A stretch of DNA of 64,000 nucleotides from Gammaproteobacteria bacterium (GCA_965221695.1 OZ244905.1:3200001-3264000), one strand, 5' to 3'. Numbered from the stretch's first letter, positions 9,075 to 19,004 are shown. Notes: generated by a model from the letters alone, not told the origin. Translations and numbers: made by a program.

Positions 9075-10823
9075 ATGAATACCGAAGCAGAAGCCAGGAC
9101 TATCGATCCGATCAGGGTTTCCGTCATCGGCAACCGTCTTGACGCAATCAGCAAGGAAATCGGCCAGACTATGTTGCGCACCTCGCGCTCGCCGATTTTT
9201 TCCGAAGCGCGCGATTTCGTCACGGCCGTCTTCGACAAACGGCTGCGGCTGGTCGCCCAGACTGCGTATATTCCGGTTTTGATGGGCGCGCTGCCGTTCG
9301 CCATCAGGAGTATTGCGGAGACCTTTGCCGGCGACATAAACGAAGGCGATGTGTTCATCCTGAACGATCCGTATCACGGCAATAATCATCCGCCGGACAT
9401 TAATATAGCCAAACCTGTTTTCTTTAACGGCGAGATCGAATTCTGGTCCATCTGCAAGGGTCATCATGCCGATGTCGGCGGCGGCGGCGTGGCTGGTTAT
9501 AACCCGGCAGCAAAGAGCGTCTGGGAGGAATGCATCCGCATCCCGCCGGCGAAGCTGTATGACGCGGGCAAACCGAACAAGGCGTTGTGGGATACGATCC
9601 TGCTCAACGTGCGCTTGCCGTTCCTGGTGGAAGGCGATTTGCATTGCGAGGTGGGCGCGGTCACCAAGGGCGAACGCAGTCTGCTGGCATTACTGGAAAA
9701 ATACGGCGTCGAACAGGTCAACCTGGCCATCGATCAGATCTTCGATGCCGCGGAGAAACAGATGCGTTCGGCCATCGCTACGCTGCCCAACGGCGATTAC
9801 GCCGCGGAACGTTATATTGACCATGACGGCATTAACAAGGATCGCATGATCGCGGTCAGGCTGACTATCAGGGTGGCGGACGAAGACATCACCTTCGATT
9901 TCAGCGGGTCTGACGCACAGGCTGCCGGTTACGTGAACAGTTCTGTGCCGAATACCTTGTCGTCAGCCTACCTTGCCTTGTTTATGTCCATCGGGTCCGA
10001 TCTGAGATTCAACGAAGGCGCTTTGCGCGCCCTGCATGTGGTGGCGCCTGAGGGCACGGTCGTTAACCCCATGGAACCCGCCCCCGTGACCGGTTGCACC
10101 ATCAATACCGCGCAGACCATTATCGAAGCTGCCTGGTTGGCTCTGTCACAGGCAGCGCCTGATAGAGTTGACGCAGCCTGGGCGCGTTGGTGCGCGCCCG
10201 CCTCCATGGGCATGAACCCGCGTACCGGCCGCTTGTTCGGCGACATCCATTTCATGTGTAAGGGTGGCGGTGGAGCCTCCCGGGGACTGGACGGTTGGGA
10301 TCATATCGGCACCGTTGTTTGCGCCGGCGGGGTGCGGGCGCCGGATCCGGAACTGCACGAACTGGTCAATCCGTACACGGTGTTGCAGTACGAATACTGG
10401 CCGGACAGCGCCGGCGCCGGGGAGTGGCGCGGCGGTATGGGCACAATCTACCGCTGGCGCGCCGAGGCCGACCATATCGCGCTGGCCAATTTCGGTGGCG
10501 GCAACCGGGAGGCAACTGCGCCGTTTGGTCTCGCCGGCGGTAAGGCTGCGCCGCCGCACCAGCTCTATTTGAAGAAGGGCGACGCAAGCATAGAAGTGGA
10601 TGCGGAAAGTTTTTATGACTACAGCTCCGGCGATATATTCGAGATCTATCAGAGTGGGGGAGGCGGATTTGGCGACCCGTTCAAGCGTTCTATTGAGAAA
10701 GTCAAAGACGATGTGGCGAACGGGCTGGTTTCCGCGCGCCAGGCTCGGGAGCAGTATGGCGTGGCCATCGACCCCGAATCTTTAGCCGTGGATGAGGCGC
10801 AAACGCAAGCGCTGAGGAGCTGA
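9075..10823 (+). CDS. Hydantoinase B/oxoprolinase-type subunit
   Basis: RTSRSPIFSEARDF, NDPYHGNNHPPD, HHADVGG, DSAGAGEWRGG, GGGGFGDP. Confidence 0.9.
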   Translation: MNTEAEARTIDPIRVSVIGNRLDAISKEIGQTMLRTSRSPIFSEARDFVTAVFDKRLRLVAQTAYIPVLMGALPFAIRSIAETFAGDINEGDVFILNDPYHGNNHPPDINIAKPVFFNGEIEFWSICKGHHADVGGGGVAGYNPAAKSVWEECIRIPPAKLYDAGKPNKALWDTILLNVRLPFLVEGDLHCEVGAVTKGERSLLALLEKYGVEQVNLAIDQIFDAAEKQMRSAIATLPNGDYAAERYIDHDGINKDRMIAVRLTIRVADEDITFDFSGSDAQAAGYVNSSVPNTLSSAYLALFMSIGSDLRFNEGALRALHVVAPEGTVVNPMEPAPVTGCTINTAQTIIEAAWLALSQAAPDRVDAAWARWCAPASMGMNPRTGRLFGDIHFMCKGGGGASRGLDGWDHIGTVVCAGGVRAPDPELHELVNPYTVLQYEYWPDSAGAGEWRGGMGTIYRWRAEADHIALANFGGGNREATAPFGLAGGKAAPPHQLYLKKGDASIEVDAESFYDYSSGDIFEIYQSGGGGFGDPFKRSIEKVKDDVANGLVSARQAREQYGVAIDPESLAVDEAQTQALRS

Positions 10824-10830
10824 GACCAGT

Positions 10831-12471
10831 ATGGAAAAAGCCGAACAAATCCGGGAGTCTGTGAGCGACAGCCCGGACCAGGTGTTTGAGACAGCTTCCG
10901 GTCTTCCCATTGAGGAATTATACGGTCCTGAGCAGGTCGATGAGCAATATTGGGCGAGCGCTGTGGGCGAGCCCGGCGCGTACCCGTTTACCCGCGGGCC
11001 CTACCCGAACATGTATCGCGGCCGTATCTGGACCAGGCGCTTTCAGGTTGGTTTCGGGTCGCCCCAGGAGAGCAACGAGCGAATTAAATTCCTTCACAAA
11101 CACGGGGCTAACGGCTTTGTCATAACGATTGATTTGCCCACTTCCTATGGATTCGACTCGGATGACCCGATTGCCGAAGGTGAGGTAGGAGTAACCGGCC
11201 TGGCGCTGAGCACGCTGGAAGACATGCGCGCGCTGTATGACGGCTTCGGTCCGGATACAGTCTCATACGCGTTGTCGATCCGTCCGCCGGTGTCCTCGGT
11301 TTCCTTGGCTATGCTGGCCTGTGTCGCCGAAGAGAAAGGCATCCCGCTGTCCCGGGTCATAGGGACGCAACAGAATGATCCGTTCTACCAGATGAGCGGC
11401 GGACCGTTACAGACCACGACCCGGTTTTTCCCCATCCAGGGCACCTTGCGTTTGTGTATCGATAACATTCAATTCATGACCGAGCACATGCCGCGCCTGA
11501 ACTGGATGGTCACCAACGGCTACAACCTGCGGGAGACCGGTGTGAATGCCATTGAGGATGGCGCGTTCACACTCGGTCATGCCTTCGACATCTTTCGCCT
11601 GGCAAAGGAGCGCGGCCTCGATATCAACCGCTTTCCGCAACGGGCTTCGTTTTTTCTGTCCTGTTCCATCGATTTTTTTGAAGAGATTGCGAAGTTCCGC
11701 GCTATGCGCCGGCTCTATGCCAAAACCATGCAGGAAGAATTCGGTGCGACTGACCCGACCAGCCAGCGCATGCGCTTTTCCGTGCAATCCGCCGGCAACA
11801 CGCTTACCACACAACAGCCTGAAGTGAATATCGTACGCGCCGGCATAGAAGCTATGGCTGCCGTGTTCGGCGGCGCCCAGTCTATCCATTTGTGTTCCTA
11901 TGATGAGGGACATGGATTGCCCACTGAAGAATCCTCTCGCATTGCGTTACGCACGCAGCAGGTGATTGCCTATGAATCCGGCGTCACGAAGACCGTGGAT
12001 CCGCTGGGTGGCTCCTGGTTCGTGGAGCATCTGACCGATAGCATCGAGCGTGAGATAAGCAGTAAACTGCTGGAAATCAAAGAGCAGGGCGGAATGGCCA
12101 AAGCAATACAGGACGGTTGGCTGGAGGAACAAATCAATGCCGCTCGTTATCGCAATCAGCGCGACCTGGATTCAGGGCGCAAGACGCTGGTCGGCGTGAA
12201 TCGGTACACCATTCCCAAGCAGGAGGAAAGAAAGATTCAGACGCATAAGATCAAGGCCGATGAATGGGGGGAGCGCCGCAGTCAATACCTGTCGGCGTTT
12301 CGGCGCAATAGGGACCAGCAGCAATGGAGCGACGCTCTGAGCCAGATTGAACGAGCTTGGCGAGCGGAAGAGAACATGGTGCCGGCTATCATGAACGCGC
12401 TGCGTCTGAACGCCACCATGGGCGAGATCCACGAGGCGATGCGCAACGCCCAGAACTGGTCGTTTCGATGA
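10831..12471 (+). CDS. B12-dependent acyl-CoA mutase, large (substrate-binding) subunit; methylmalonyl-CoA mutase family, atypical specificity
   Basis: GEPGAYPFTRGPYPNMYRGRIWT, DLPT.YGFDSD, GEVG, FFEEIAKFRAMRR, GGAQS.H..SYDE, DPLGGSWFVE.LT, VGVN. Confidence 0.92.
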   Translation: MEKAEQIRESVSDSPDQVFETASGLPIEELYGPEQVDEQYWASAVGEPGAYPFTRGPYPNMYRGRIWTRRFQVGFGSPQESNERIKFLHKHGANGFVITIDLPTSYGFDSDDPIAEGEVGVTGLALSTLEDMRALYDGFGPDTVSYALSIRPPVSSVSLAMLACVAEEKGIPLSRVIGTQQNDPFYQMSGGPLQTTTRFFPIQGTLRLCIDNIQFMTEHMPRLNWMVTNGYNLRETGVNAIEDGAFTLGHAFDIFRLAKERGLDINRFPQRASFFLSCSIDFFEEIAKFRAMRRLYAKTMQEEFGATDPTSQRMRFSVQSAGNTLTTQQPEVNIVRAGIEAMAAVFGGAQSIHLCSYDEGHGLPTEESSRIALRTQQVIAYESGVTKTVDPLGGSWFVEHLTDSIEREISSKLLEIKEQGGMAKAIQDGWLEEQINAARYRNQRDLDSGRKTLVGVNRYTIPKQEERKIQTHKIKADEWGERRSQYLSAFRRNRDQQQWSDALSQIERAWRAEENMVPAIMNALRLNATMGEIHEAMRNAQNWSFR

Positions 12472-12499
12472 GCCTCCGGGATTATTGGAGGAACGTACA

Positions 12500-12898
12500 A
12501 TGACTGGGAGAAATAGAGTTTTACTGGCCAAAATGGGGCTGGACTGCCATGACACCGGCATCATTACTGTCGCCCAGCAGCTTCGGGAAGGCGGTTTTGA
12601 GGTGATTTATCTGGGTTTGCACAATGACGCGGACCAGGTGGTCAAGGCAGCGTTAGAGGAAGATGCAGACCTGATCGGCGTTAGTTTTCTGTCCGGTCAG
12701 CATCTTACACAGGTGCGCAAACTGCTGCGCAGCCTGCGCGCCAGTGAACTGGAGATACCGGTAGTGTGTGGCGGTGTGATTCCCGATGACGATGCCGAAC
12801 AACTGCTGAGCATGGGTGTCAGCGAGGTGATCAGACCCGGCGCCCTGACCGAAGATGTGCTTACCGTTGTCAGGCGGGCCCTGGCGCGCCAAACGTAA
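12500..12898 (+). CDS. Cobalamin-binding small subunit of the acyl-CoA mutase
   Basis: LLAKMGLDCHDTG (DxHxxG), SFLSGQH, CGGVIP. Confidence 0.92.
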   Translation: MTGRNRVLLAKMGLDCHDTGIITVAQQLREGGFEVIYLGLHNDADQVVKAALEEDADLIGVSFLSGQHLTQVRKLLRSLRASELEIPVVCGGVIPDDDAEQLLSMGVSEVIRPGALTEDVLTVVRRALARQT

Positions 12899-14446
12899 AT
12901 GATGACCCTGGATGAGATTGTCCGGCGCAATAGCTTGCGTTATCCGGGCCAGCCGGCCCTGGTCTGCGACGGTATCTGTCGTTCCTGGGTTGAATTAGAC
13001 CAGCGTGTAAACAAGGTCGGCAACGCGCTGCTGCAGTCCGGACTGCGCGCTGGCGAGCGCGTGGCGATATTGCTTGGCAATTGCAGCGAATACTTTGAGA
13101 TTTATTTCGCCTGCGCGCGCGCAGGCCTGATCGCGGTCCCCGTGAATTATCGCTTGACGGGTTCCGAACTGGATCAGATTATCGACCATGCGCAGCCGTC
13201 GCTGTTGATTACGGACGCTGAATATGCCGGCCAGGCGCGGACAATACACAACTTGCCGGCGCGTCGCTGGCGCTTGTCCGACGGGGCCGCGCGGGACGAT
13301 CAGGACCAGGGGTTTCAGGATTACCATTCAATAGTGGACGCGGCGGACTCAAAGCCGGTCAGCGCCGTTCCCAATGACACTTTTGCAATATTTTACACCA
13401 GCGGCACTACCGGGCCGCCCAAGGGCGCCATGGTTTCCCATCGGAACCTGGAAATGAACGGTTATAACCAGGCCATCGCCGACCGCTCCACCTCCGGTGA
13501 TGTCAACCTGGTAGCGACGCCGATCTACCACATGGGCGCGGTGTTCATGGCTGTGACTTACATGATGCTCGGCTGCGCCCAGCAGATCCTGAAGAAGTTC
13601 GACCCCGGCGCCTGGCTGGCATTGCTGGAACAAAGTCGCGCCAGTGTCGCGCTGTTGGTGCCGACCATGATCAATGCCGTACTGAATGCGCCCGACCTGC
13701 GCCGCTACAATTTGTCCTCGTTGCGCCTGATATTTTACGGTGGCGGTCCCATGCCGCCAGCCGTGCTGGAACGGGCTATGCGCGAGCTTGGCTGCGGGTT
13801 CACCCAAGGTTATGGTTTGACCGAAACACTGGAAGCGACCTTCCTGGTTAGCGCCGATCATGTGCTGGACGGGAGCGCCGCGCAGGCCCGGCGTCTGGCC
13901 TCGGCAGGACGTGAAGCGGTAGGCGCTGAAATCCGCATCGTGGATGAAGCCGGCGCCGATCTGGGAGTTGGCGAGGTCGGTGAAATCCTGATTCGCAGTG
14001 AGTCAGTCATTGCCGGATACTGGAACAACCCGGAGGAAACCGCAACCGCAATCAGGGACGGATGGTTCCATAGTGGCGATCTGGGATACCTGGATGAAAA
14101 CCGCTACCTGTTTGTCGTCGACAGAAAAAAAGACATGGTGATCAGTGGCGGCATGAATATCTATTGCAAGGAAATCGAAAGCGCGCTATACCGGCATCCT
14201 GCGACGCTGGAAGCGGCCGTGATCGGCCTGCCTGATGAGAACTGGGGAGAGATTGTCACGGCTGTTATTGTTATCAAGCCTGGGCAGCGGGCGAGCGCTG
14301 AGGAATTACTTGAGCTGTGCAAGGCGTCGCTTGCCGGTTACAAAACGCCCAAAAAAGTCTTTTTTCGGGACGAATTGCCGAAAAATCCGAGCGGAAAAAT
14401 CCTGAAACGGATATTACGTCAGCAACTGGCAGACAGTGATGGATGA
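12899..14446 (+). CDS. Acyl-CoA synthetase (AMP-forming)
   Basis: YTSGTTGPPKG, GYGLTE, GWFHSGDLG, DRKKDMVISGG, LPKNPSGKIL. Confidence 0.92.
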   Translation: MMTLDEIVRRNSLRYPGQPALVCDGICRSWVELDQRVNKVGNALLQSGLRAGERVAILLGNCSEYFEIYFACARAGLIAVPVNYRLTGSELDQIIDHAQPSLLITDAEYAGQARTIHNLPARRWRLSDGAARDDQDQGFQDYHSIVDAADSKPVSAVPNDTFAIFYTSGTTGPPKGAMVSHRNLEMNGYNQAIADRSTSGDVNLVATPIYHMGAVFMAVTYMMLGCAQQILKKFDPGAWLALLEQSRASVALLVPTMINAVLNAPDLRRYNLSSLRLIFYGGGPMPPAVLERAMRELGCGFTQGYGLTETLEATFLVSADHVLDGSAAQARRLASAGREAVGAEIRIVDEAGADLGVGEVGEILIRSESVIAGYWNNPEETATAIRDGWFHSGDLGYLDENRYLFVVDRKKDMVISGGMNIYCKEIESALYRHPATLEAAVIGLPDENWGEIVTAVIVIKPGQRASAEELLELCKASLAGYKTPKKVFFRDELPKNPSGKILKRILRQQLADSDG

Positions 14447-15398
14447 CCAGTTTGTCGCCAGGTTGCTGAACCGGGACCGGCTGACGCTTGCCCGGTCCAT
14501 ATCGATGGTGGAATCCGGGGATAACGCGGCGCGCCGGATGCTTGACCTCGTCCATCCTCATACAGGCCAGGCCTATCGGGTAGGTGTGACCGGTCCTCCA
14601 GGCGCCGGCAAATCCACCCTGACCGGAGAGCTCACCAAGGTTCTGCGCCAGGGCGGCCACAGTGTCGCAATTATTGCAGTGGACCCCAGCAGCCCGTTCA
14701 CATCCGGCGCCTTGCTTGGCGATCGGGTGCGCATGGCGGACCTGGACAACGATGATAACGTATTCATCCGCAGTATGGCCACTCGCGGCGCGGGGGGAGG
14801 CATGAGCGCCAATTGCGCCGATGTGGCCGACATATTTGATGCGGCAGGGTTTGCTTATATATTCATTGAAAGCGCTGGCGTGGGCCAAACTGAACTGGAT
14901 GTGCGTCACCTGGTGGACACGACTGTTGTGATGCTGGCGCCGGAGGCGGGCGATCAGGTCCAGGCGGCCAAGGCCGGCCTGATGGAAATCGCGGATATTT
15001 TCGTAATGAACAAATGCGACCGGCCCGGCAGCGCCGCGGCCTTGCAAGCATTGCAGTTTGCGCTGAGCTTCAAAAACCGCGACAGCCGGGCTTGGCAGAC
15101 TCGTGTCATTGAAACCATCGCCAGCGAGTCCAAGGGCATGGACGCGCTCTTTGAAGAGATCCTGCGCCATAGATCTTTCCTGCAAACCAGCGCCCGGCAC
15201 AGCGAACTGTTGCAAATGCGGGCGGAAATGAGGTTGGAAAGAAGTATCCGGGACGCGATCGAGCAGCGGGTGTGGTCAAGCGATAACAGCCAGCGGCTGG
15301 CGCGCGCGCTGCCACTGATCAGGGATGGCAGGTTATCCCAGGATGAAGTGGTTACTGATATCTGTTCAAATATCAAAACGCCGGTTCTCGATCGATGA
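14436..15398 (+). CDS. meaB: MeaB/ArgK-type G-protein chaperone of B12 mutases
   Basis: GVTGPPGAGKST, AVDPSSPFTSGALLGDRVRM, FIRSMATRG, GVGQTE, NKCD. Confidence 0.9.
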   Translation: MMDDQFVARLLNRDRLTLARSISMVESGDNAARRMLDLVHPHTGQAYRVGVTGPPGAGKSTLTGELTKVLRQGGHSVAIIAVDPSSPFTSGALLGDRVRMADLDNDDNVFIRSMATRGAGGGMSANCADVADIFDAAGFAYIFIESAGVGQTELDVRHLVDTTVVMLAPEAGDQVQAAKAGLMEIADIFVMNKCDRPGSAAALQALQFALSFKNRDSRAWQTRVIETIASESKGMDALFEEILRHRSFLQTSARHSELLQMRAEMRLERSIRDAIEQRVWSSDNSQRLARALPLIRDGRLSQDEVVTDICSNIKTPVLDR

Positions 15399-17125
15399 GC
15401 GGCAGTTATCGCGCGCCGCTGGAAGATTCGCTGTTTATCCTGGAGCGCGTCATCCGTTGGGAAAGATTGTTCGAGTTGCCGGCCTACCGGCACGCCGACC
15501 ATGATCTGGCCAGGGTGGCGCTGGAGGAGGGCGCAAAATTCTGTGAGCGGATAGTGGGTCCTATTAATGCGGTCGGCGATGAACAAGGCAGTGTGTTGCA
15601 GGATGGCAGGGTGAGAACGCCCGACGGTTTCAAGGAAGCCTACCAGTCATTCATTACAGCAGGCTGGCCCGGTTTGGACCTGCCGGCAGAGTATGGCGGC
15701 CAGCAATTGCCGTTGACCGCGCAGGTCGCGTTTGCGGAAATGCTCAACGGCGCCTGCCTGGCATTCGCGATGTTGCCGCTGATGCTGCGAGCCGGCACCC
15801 GGTTATTGATTGACCACGCCGATGAGAAATTGAAACAACTGGTCGTTCCCCGGCTGGTCAGCGGCGACTGGGGCGCGACCATTTGCATCACAGAAGCTCA
15901 GGCGGGTTCCGATGTCGGGCGCATCAAAACCCTGGCCAGGCCGCAGGCAGACGGCAGTTACCGGCTCACCGGCGGCAAGCTATTTATCACCTATGGAGAA
16001 CAGGATTTTACCGAGCAGATAATCCACCTGGTCCTGGCCAGGACTCCGGACGCGCCGTCCGGAAGCAGGGGGATTAGCCTGTTTCTGGTCCCCCGGTTAT
16101 TGTTTGACTCCGGGCAGTCCAACGGTGTGCGCGCGTCGCGGCTGGAGCGGAAAATGGGATTGAAGGCTTCGCCGACCTGCGCGCTAAGCCTGGATGACGC
16201 CATCGGTTACCGCATCGGCGAGGAGTTCAGAGGTTTGAACGCGATGTTTACCATGGTCAACCTGATGCGCCTGGAGGTATCCATACAGGGGCCGGCGATC
16301 GGCGCCGCGGCTACCGCCAAAGCGCTTGACTATGCGCGGGAACGGCGCCAGGGCGGCGCGCCGGACGCCAAGGCGACGCGCATCATTGAACATGCGGATG
16401 TGCGGCGCATGTTATTGATCATGCATTGCCGGAACATGGCGATGCGCGCCCTCGTGTTTGAAGCCGCGAGCAATCTTGACATCGCCCATAACGGGATGGA
16501 TGAAGACGAACGGCGTCAAGCTCTGCAACTGGCAGAATACCTGTTGCCGGTATGCAAAGCCTGCGCTTCCGAAGCAGGCTTCGAGGTAGCCAGCCTGGCC
16601 GTACAGGTTTTCGGCGGACACGGGTATATCACCGAATCCGGGGTGGAACAGTATGTGCGCGATGTGCGGGTAGCCGCCATCTATGAGGGCGCCAACGGCA
16701 TCCAGGCGCTGGACCTGGTGTCGCGCAAACTGTTACGCGACCAGGGCGCGAGGTTTCAGATACTGGCCGACAGCATTACGGCCACACTGGATCAGATTGG
16801 CGAAAGCGCGCCGCTCGAACAGATACACCAGGCGACACAAACCGGGCTGGCGGTACTGGAACGAGCCACGCAACATATTCTGCAACGGGCCGAGGCGGGA
16901 GCGCGGCGTGAGATTGAGTTTGTTGCCAAGGACTACTGCTTGCTGACAGGGTTGGTTGCCGGCGCCTGGATGTGGTTGCGGATTGCGCAGGCCGACGCTG
17001 TTGCTGACCGGGATGAGCTGTTCAATCATGTTGGCTGCGCCCGATTCTATGCCGAGTACCTGATGCCGGAGGCGCACACCCTGGCGCATCGGATCGCCAC
17101 AGACTTTACCGGGGCAGAAGCATAA
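15395..17125 (+). CDS. Acyl-CoA dehydrogenase (long, DmdC/AidB-like subgroup)
   Basis: CITEAQAGSD, GGKLFITYGE, KMGLKASPT, HADVRRML, QVFGGHGY, IYEGANGIQALDL. Confidence 0.9.
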   Translation: MSGSYRAPLEDSLFILERVIRWERLFELPAYRHADHDLARVALEEGAKFCERIVGPINAVGDEQGSVLQDGRVRTPDGFKEAYQSFITAGWPGLDLPAEYGGQQLPLTAQVAFAEMLNGACLAFAMLPLMLRAGTRLLIDHADEKLKQLVVPRLVSGDWGATICITEAQAGSDVGRIKTLARPQADGSYRLTGGKLFITYGEQDFTEQIIHLVLARTPDAPSGSRGISLFLVPRLLFDSGQSNGVRASRLERKMGLKASPTCALSLDDAIGYRIGEEFRGLNAMFTMVNLMRLEVSIQGPAIGAAATAKALDYARERRQGGAPDAKATRIIEHADVRRMLLIMHCRNMAMRALVFEAASNLDIAHNGMDEDERRQALQLAEYLLPVCKACASEAGFEVASLAVQVFGGHGYITESGVEQYVRDVRVAAIYEGANGIQALDLVSRKLLRDQGARFQILADSITATLDQIGESAPLEQIHQATQTGLAVLERATQHILQRAEAGARREIEFVAKDYCLLTGLVAGAWMWLRIAQADAVADRDELFNHVGCARFYAEYLMPEAHTLAHRIATDFTGAEA

Positions 17126-17130
17126 CCCCC

Positions 17131-17256
17131 TCAGGTCAGTTTCAATATCGCGACCACCAAGCCAGCCACGCCCAGACCAATACCGAACATTCACTTTACC
17201 AGCCTGGTTTCCATATTTGCCAGATCAGGTTTGGTTGCGACTTGTTCGGTTTCTTG
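17131..17256 (-). pseudogene. Remnant of a small coiled-coil + TM protein gene (DUF1640-like), paralogous to 36073-36288
   Basis: Manual translation QETEQVATKPDLANMETRLVK*MFGIGLGVAGLVVAILKLT*. The conserved Trp codon is TGA at 17191-17193 and the N-terminus is missing. Confidence 0.75.
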
Positions 17257-18147
17257 TCAATCTCGGCTGAATACAAACTTGTCCTTTTCCCGTCTTACCG
17301 GCGGTTTGATCTGCGGGCGGCCTTTTTGCAGTTTGCCCAAGGCGTAGCCCTGTACCTTGGAAGCGCCGGTAATGATGGTGAATTTCATCAGCCAGCCGCT
17401 GGCCGTGGCCAGCATGCAGGCCAGCAAAGCCAGGGGTTGCAGCAGCGCCGGCTGGACCGCTACCGTGGCCAACAGCAATAGAGGCAGGGCGTGACCCAGA
17501 ATGATATGGGGCCTGTTTACCCCATCAAGAACTTTCAAAACAGCCGGGGGGGCTTGATTGGTGGCCAGTCTTTGCCGGTAATGATTCCAGCACAACAGGC
17601 GCCAAGCCAGCAATCCCATCAGCAGGTACAGTAGCCACAACTGCGCCGCGCCGGAAAATATCAGCAGGATGGACAGGATGGCAGCGCCTTCCGTCAGCCC
17701 GGCGCTCATGATCAGCGGCGCCACAGCGGCTTCCCGCCAGGCCGGAATGCCCTTGCTGGCCCTGAGGATTCTGCCCTGGCAATAGAGGAACAGGAAGCCC
17801 AGCAGACCGGCGGCGGCAAGCAGGGCGGGCGATTTCAGCAACACCCCGAGTAAGGTTGTTGCAAACAGCAGGATCGCCACGGAGGCCTCCCGGGTCATCC
17901 ACGAGGTTTGAGGATGGAAAAATACATGCAGGAAACGCCACGGCCGGCCAATCTCCAGCCATACCAGGAATAATCCCAGCCCGACGAACGCCAGCGCCGC
18001 CAGGCCGACAACCGCTCCCGGTGTCTCTGGCCAGTAAGCGATGGAAACCATCAGGATCAGGGCCCCGCCGCTGCCGCCAAACATGAAATTGCCCGCCGCG
18101 CGCCAGTCCCACTGCGTCTGCAATATATTGCCGAAAGTGTTTTGCAT
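17257..18147 (-). CDS. padD: Membrane anchor subunit of a molybdoenzyme (PadD/DmsC-like)
   Basis: QTQWDWRAAGNF..GG.G, LEIGRPWR, HPQTSWMTRE, GIPAWR; multiple TM segments. Confidence 0.75.
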   Translation of the reverse strand: MQNTFGNILQTQWDWRAAGNFMFGGSGGALILMVSIAYWPETPGAVVGLAALAFVGLGLFLVWLEIGRPWRFLHVFFHPQTSWMTREASVAILLFATTLLGVLLKSPALLAAAGLLGFLFLYCQGRILRASKGIPAWREAAVAPLIMSAGLTEGAAILSILLIFSGAAQLWLLYLLMGLLAWRLLCWNHYRQRLATNQAPPAVLKVLDGVNRPHIILGHALPLLLLATVAVQPALLQPLALLACMLATASGWLMKFTIITGASKVQGYALGKLQKGRPQIKPPVRREKDKFVFSRD

Positions 18148-18260
18148 GGTTTACTTGAATCTCATATTAAGTGCGCTCGCAGCGCCGGTTATCCCACTGA
18201 ACTCCCGCTTCCCAGCCTGCCCCTGTCTGGTGTTGAGCAGGAGCGGGAGTGGTATGTGCC

Positions 18261-18298
18261 TTAAGGAACCTCTGAGGATTAACTCAGAGTATTCTTAG
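18261..18298 (-). repeat. Single-hairpin remnant of the five-hairpin element
   Basis: TTAA-GGAACCTCTGAG-GATTAA-CTCAGAGTATTC-TTAG. Confidence 0.75.
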
Positions 18299-18302
18299 AC
18301 AC

Positions 18303-19004
18303 TTAATCCTGTCCATTCTGTACATCAATGTTAATCGCCTCTGTCTGCCGTCTCCTGTCCTCCGCATCCCACAGGTAATAAAAGCCCGGTTCCGTGCCAA
18401 GCTCGGCATGCATCTGGAACCAGGTGTTCTCCGCCAGCAGTTCTGATACATTGCTGTTTTCATCTTCTATGTCGCCGAAGCTCAGCGCATCGGCAATGCA
18501 AGAGTTGACACAGCCCGGGGTCGCTTCAGGATCAATACCGGGAGTGAGCCCCTGCTCGACGCCGGCATCCACCCGGTCCGAGCAAAAAGTGCATTTCTGC
18601 GCCACGCCCAGGGTACGCTCATCGAAACGTTTAGCTTCGGTTTCGGTGGGGATGTCGCCGTAGGCGAATTCGGGCCGGTCCACCTTGTAGCGCGCCTGGT
18701 AAGGGCAGGCCACGGTGCAGTAGCTGCAACCGATACACAAGTCGTAATCGATCGTGACGATGCCGTCTTCCCGCTGCGCCGTGGCAGTGCTGGGGCAGAC
18801 ATGCATGCAGGGCGGGTCTGCGCAGTGCTGGCAGCCCACCGGCATGAACAGGCGTTGCACATCGGGAAACTCGCCCCATTCGACATCCAGCACCTTGCGC
18901 CATTGCACGCCCGGCGGGGTTGCGTTGGTGTGTTTGCACGCCGCGGTGCAGGTCTGGCAGCCGACACAACGGTTGAGGTCGGCAATCATTACATATCGGG
19001 TCAT
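18303..19004 (-). CDS. padC: 4Fe-4S dicluster electron-transfer subunit (PadC/DmsB-like)
   Basis: CVGCQTCTAACK, CQHCADPPCMHVCP, CIGCSYCTVACPY, KCTFC. Confidence 0.85.
   Translation of the reverse strand: MTRYVMIADLNRCVGCQTCTAACKHTNATPPGVQWRKVLDVEWGEFPDVQRLFMPVGCQHCADPPCMHVCPSTATAQREDGIVTIDYDLCIGCSYCTVACPYQARYKVDRPEFAYGDIPTETEAKRFDERTLGVAQKCTFCSDRVDAGVEQGLTPGIDPEATPGCVNSCIADALSFGDIEDENSNVSELLAENTWFQMHAELGTEPGFYYLWDAEDRRRQTEAINIDVQNGQD

Noticed and set aside
17191-17259. TGA as Trp or selenocysteine recoding
   Set aside because: TGA is the normal stop of many genes in the window, conserved Trp residues are TGG-encoded elsewhere, and no SECIS-like context was seen.
18200-18252. Imperfect stem ACTCCCGCT...AGCGGGAGT between padC and padD
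   Set aside because: No U tract, no second copy and no known motif.
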